Below, piece after piece: positions 62,170 to 64,000 of a DNA stretch of 64,000 nucleotides. Positions within the stretch are counted from its first letter, which is position 1; the number at the start of each line of letters is the position of its first letter. The notes below the pieces were generated by a model that made no database searches, was not told the origin of the DNA, and saw only the letters and a program-made list of their open reading frames with translations. The translations under genes were made by a program, and so were the position numbers. Source of the stretch: the human T2T-CHM13v2.0 reference genome, Homo sapiens; assembly GCF_009914755.1 (NCBI RefSeq), contig NC_060928.1; one strand, 5' to 3'.

Positions 62170-64000
62170 ATAAAATAATTAAAATGAAAAACTTAATGCA
62201 TTATTCAAACAGCAGATTATACACAGAAGAGAGAATTGCTGAACTGGAAGAGTAGTTCAATAAAATACCAAAATGAAACATGGGGGAACAAAAGGATAGA
62301 AAATGAAAAAGTTGTAAGAGGAAAAAAAAGGAAGTATTTATTTGGAATTGAAAAGTGGGCAGGAGTATGAGGCAAAAGAAGAGATATACTGACTAAGAAC
62401 TTTCTAAAACTGGAAAAATAAAGAATACATCAAGACACAGACTCAAGAAGCAGTATGTAAATCAAGCAGGATAAGGATACAAAAAACAAAAATAGCTAGG
62501 TACATCATAGTAAAATTTTCAAAAACCAAAGACAATGAGAAAATTTTGGAAGCATCATGAAAGCAAATATATACTATCATCAAACAAGCAATATTTAAAT
62601 AGACAGTATTTAGATGTTTTTGAATTCTCCACAGAAACAATGGAAGCCAAATATAATTGAATATTTTAAAGTGCTGAATAATGGCTGCCAACATATAATT
62701 CTAAATCCAAAAATGCATTTTTAAATATTTTAGACACAATAAAAAGAAAAAGATAATTCTTCACCAGCAGAACCATACTAAAAGACTAAAGAGTATACCT
62801 CAGACAGAGGGTAAATGAACACAGGTAGTATCTTAGATGAAAAGAAAACAGAGCAATGAAATAACAAATGTATAAATGGGCAAATCTATATGACAATTGA
62901 CTGCCTATACAAACCAATACTAATGTTCTTGGTTCTAAGGTATAAATAAATCAAAATATATGAAAATAATAGCAGAAATTGAGGAAAACGATAAACAAAA
63001 TTAAAATGTTATAGTGTTCTGGCATTATTGAGGAATAAGATAAAAGTCATCAACTAATACCTGACTTTGATAAGTGAAAGAGGTAATCGCTAACTATCCA
63101 CTACGATAAAAATAAAACAGTATAATTTCCAAGCTAATATAAAAATATTTTAAAATAATTTTTCAAAATCCTAAAAATACTCAAATCATAAAGGCAATAA
63201 AAACGCAGAAATAGAAGATAGGCAGGTGAGAGGAAATAGGAAACACTTCATCAGTGGAAGATTTAAACCCAACTATAACACTTAAATTATTAAATTTACT
63301 AAAAAGTTCTAATTAAAAGATAAAAATTTTTAAATTAGATATAAAAAGACAAAAACCAAAAAAAAAAACCCACAGAAACAACAAAAGCACAAGGATACAG
63401 AAAGGTTGAAAGTAAAAGGAAGAAAAAAATGTCAAAAAAGACACTAAACCAAAGAAAGTTTATATAGCTTCATTGATACCAGAATACATATGTAAACACA
63501 CATGCATACACAGACTCTCAAGCAAAAAAGCTAAAACTAAAAAGTGATACTTCAAACTTCCTTTGCCAGGAAGTTAAAATAATTAATAACAGTCTCAAAA
63601 TATATAAAGAAAAATGGACTGAATTACTAGGAAATAGGCAAGTGGGCAAAAAAAGCAGTTTTCAAAATACTTCTCTCAGTAACAGAAAAGACAAGACAAT
63701 GAATGTTTTTAAAATGCAGATTAGACAACATGATTGGAAAATAAGAAACATCTACAACTGATAATTTAAATTTAAAACTTGTTGAGTGACATATGGAAGA
63801 AGGAAATAAACACAAAAATTAAATAATGAAAATGCTCTAACTAGCACTAAGATAGAAATATCTCAAGTCCTATAAACACAGAAACTAGAAATTGAAAACA
63901 CATTGTAAAAAGGAAGGACTATAGGAATGGATAATGGTGACAGAGAGAGCAGCACGTTTTAACTAAAACTGAGTAAACTAGTTGTGACAGGCAGAATTCT
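62170..64000 (+). mobile_element. Highly decayed L1M/L1ME ORF1 to endonuclease region
   Basis: A-rich; gagagaattgctgaactggaag, aggtacatcatagtaaaattttcaaaaaccaaagacaatgagaaaattttggaagca, aggttgaaagtaaaagga. Confidence 0.7.

Overview
AT-rich, repeat-dense primate (probably human or ape) genomic DNA, identified by Alu and L1PA elements. I recognise no intact host protein-coding gene, and almost all ORFs in the track are LINE-1 fragments or chance ORFs in repeats. The window is dominated by two full-length, disrupted L1PA4-like elements in inverted, tail-to-tail orientation (32586-38822 on +, 49842-55989 on -) enclosing about 11 kb. By manual alignment they share a perfectly identical 777-bp tract (34657-35433 = reverse complement of 53164-53940) covering the ORF2 endonuclease domain, while the sequence next to it is clearly diverged. 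This points to recent gene conversion or recurrent inversion. Other notable structure: a composite templated insertion at 17642-17871, a 3' transduction on the left L1, two twin-primed L1 insertions, an extended open ORF0 with a consensus antisense splice donor, and a few candidate minus-strand exons. Repeat subfamily names come from my memory of consensus sequences, and boundaries of old repeats are approximate.
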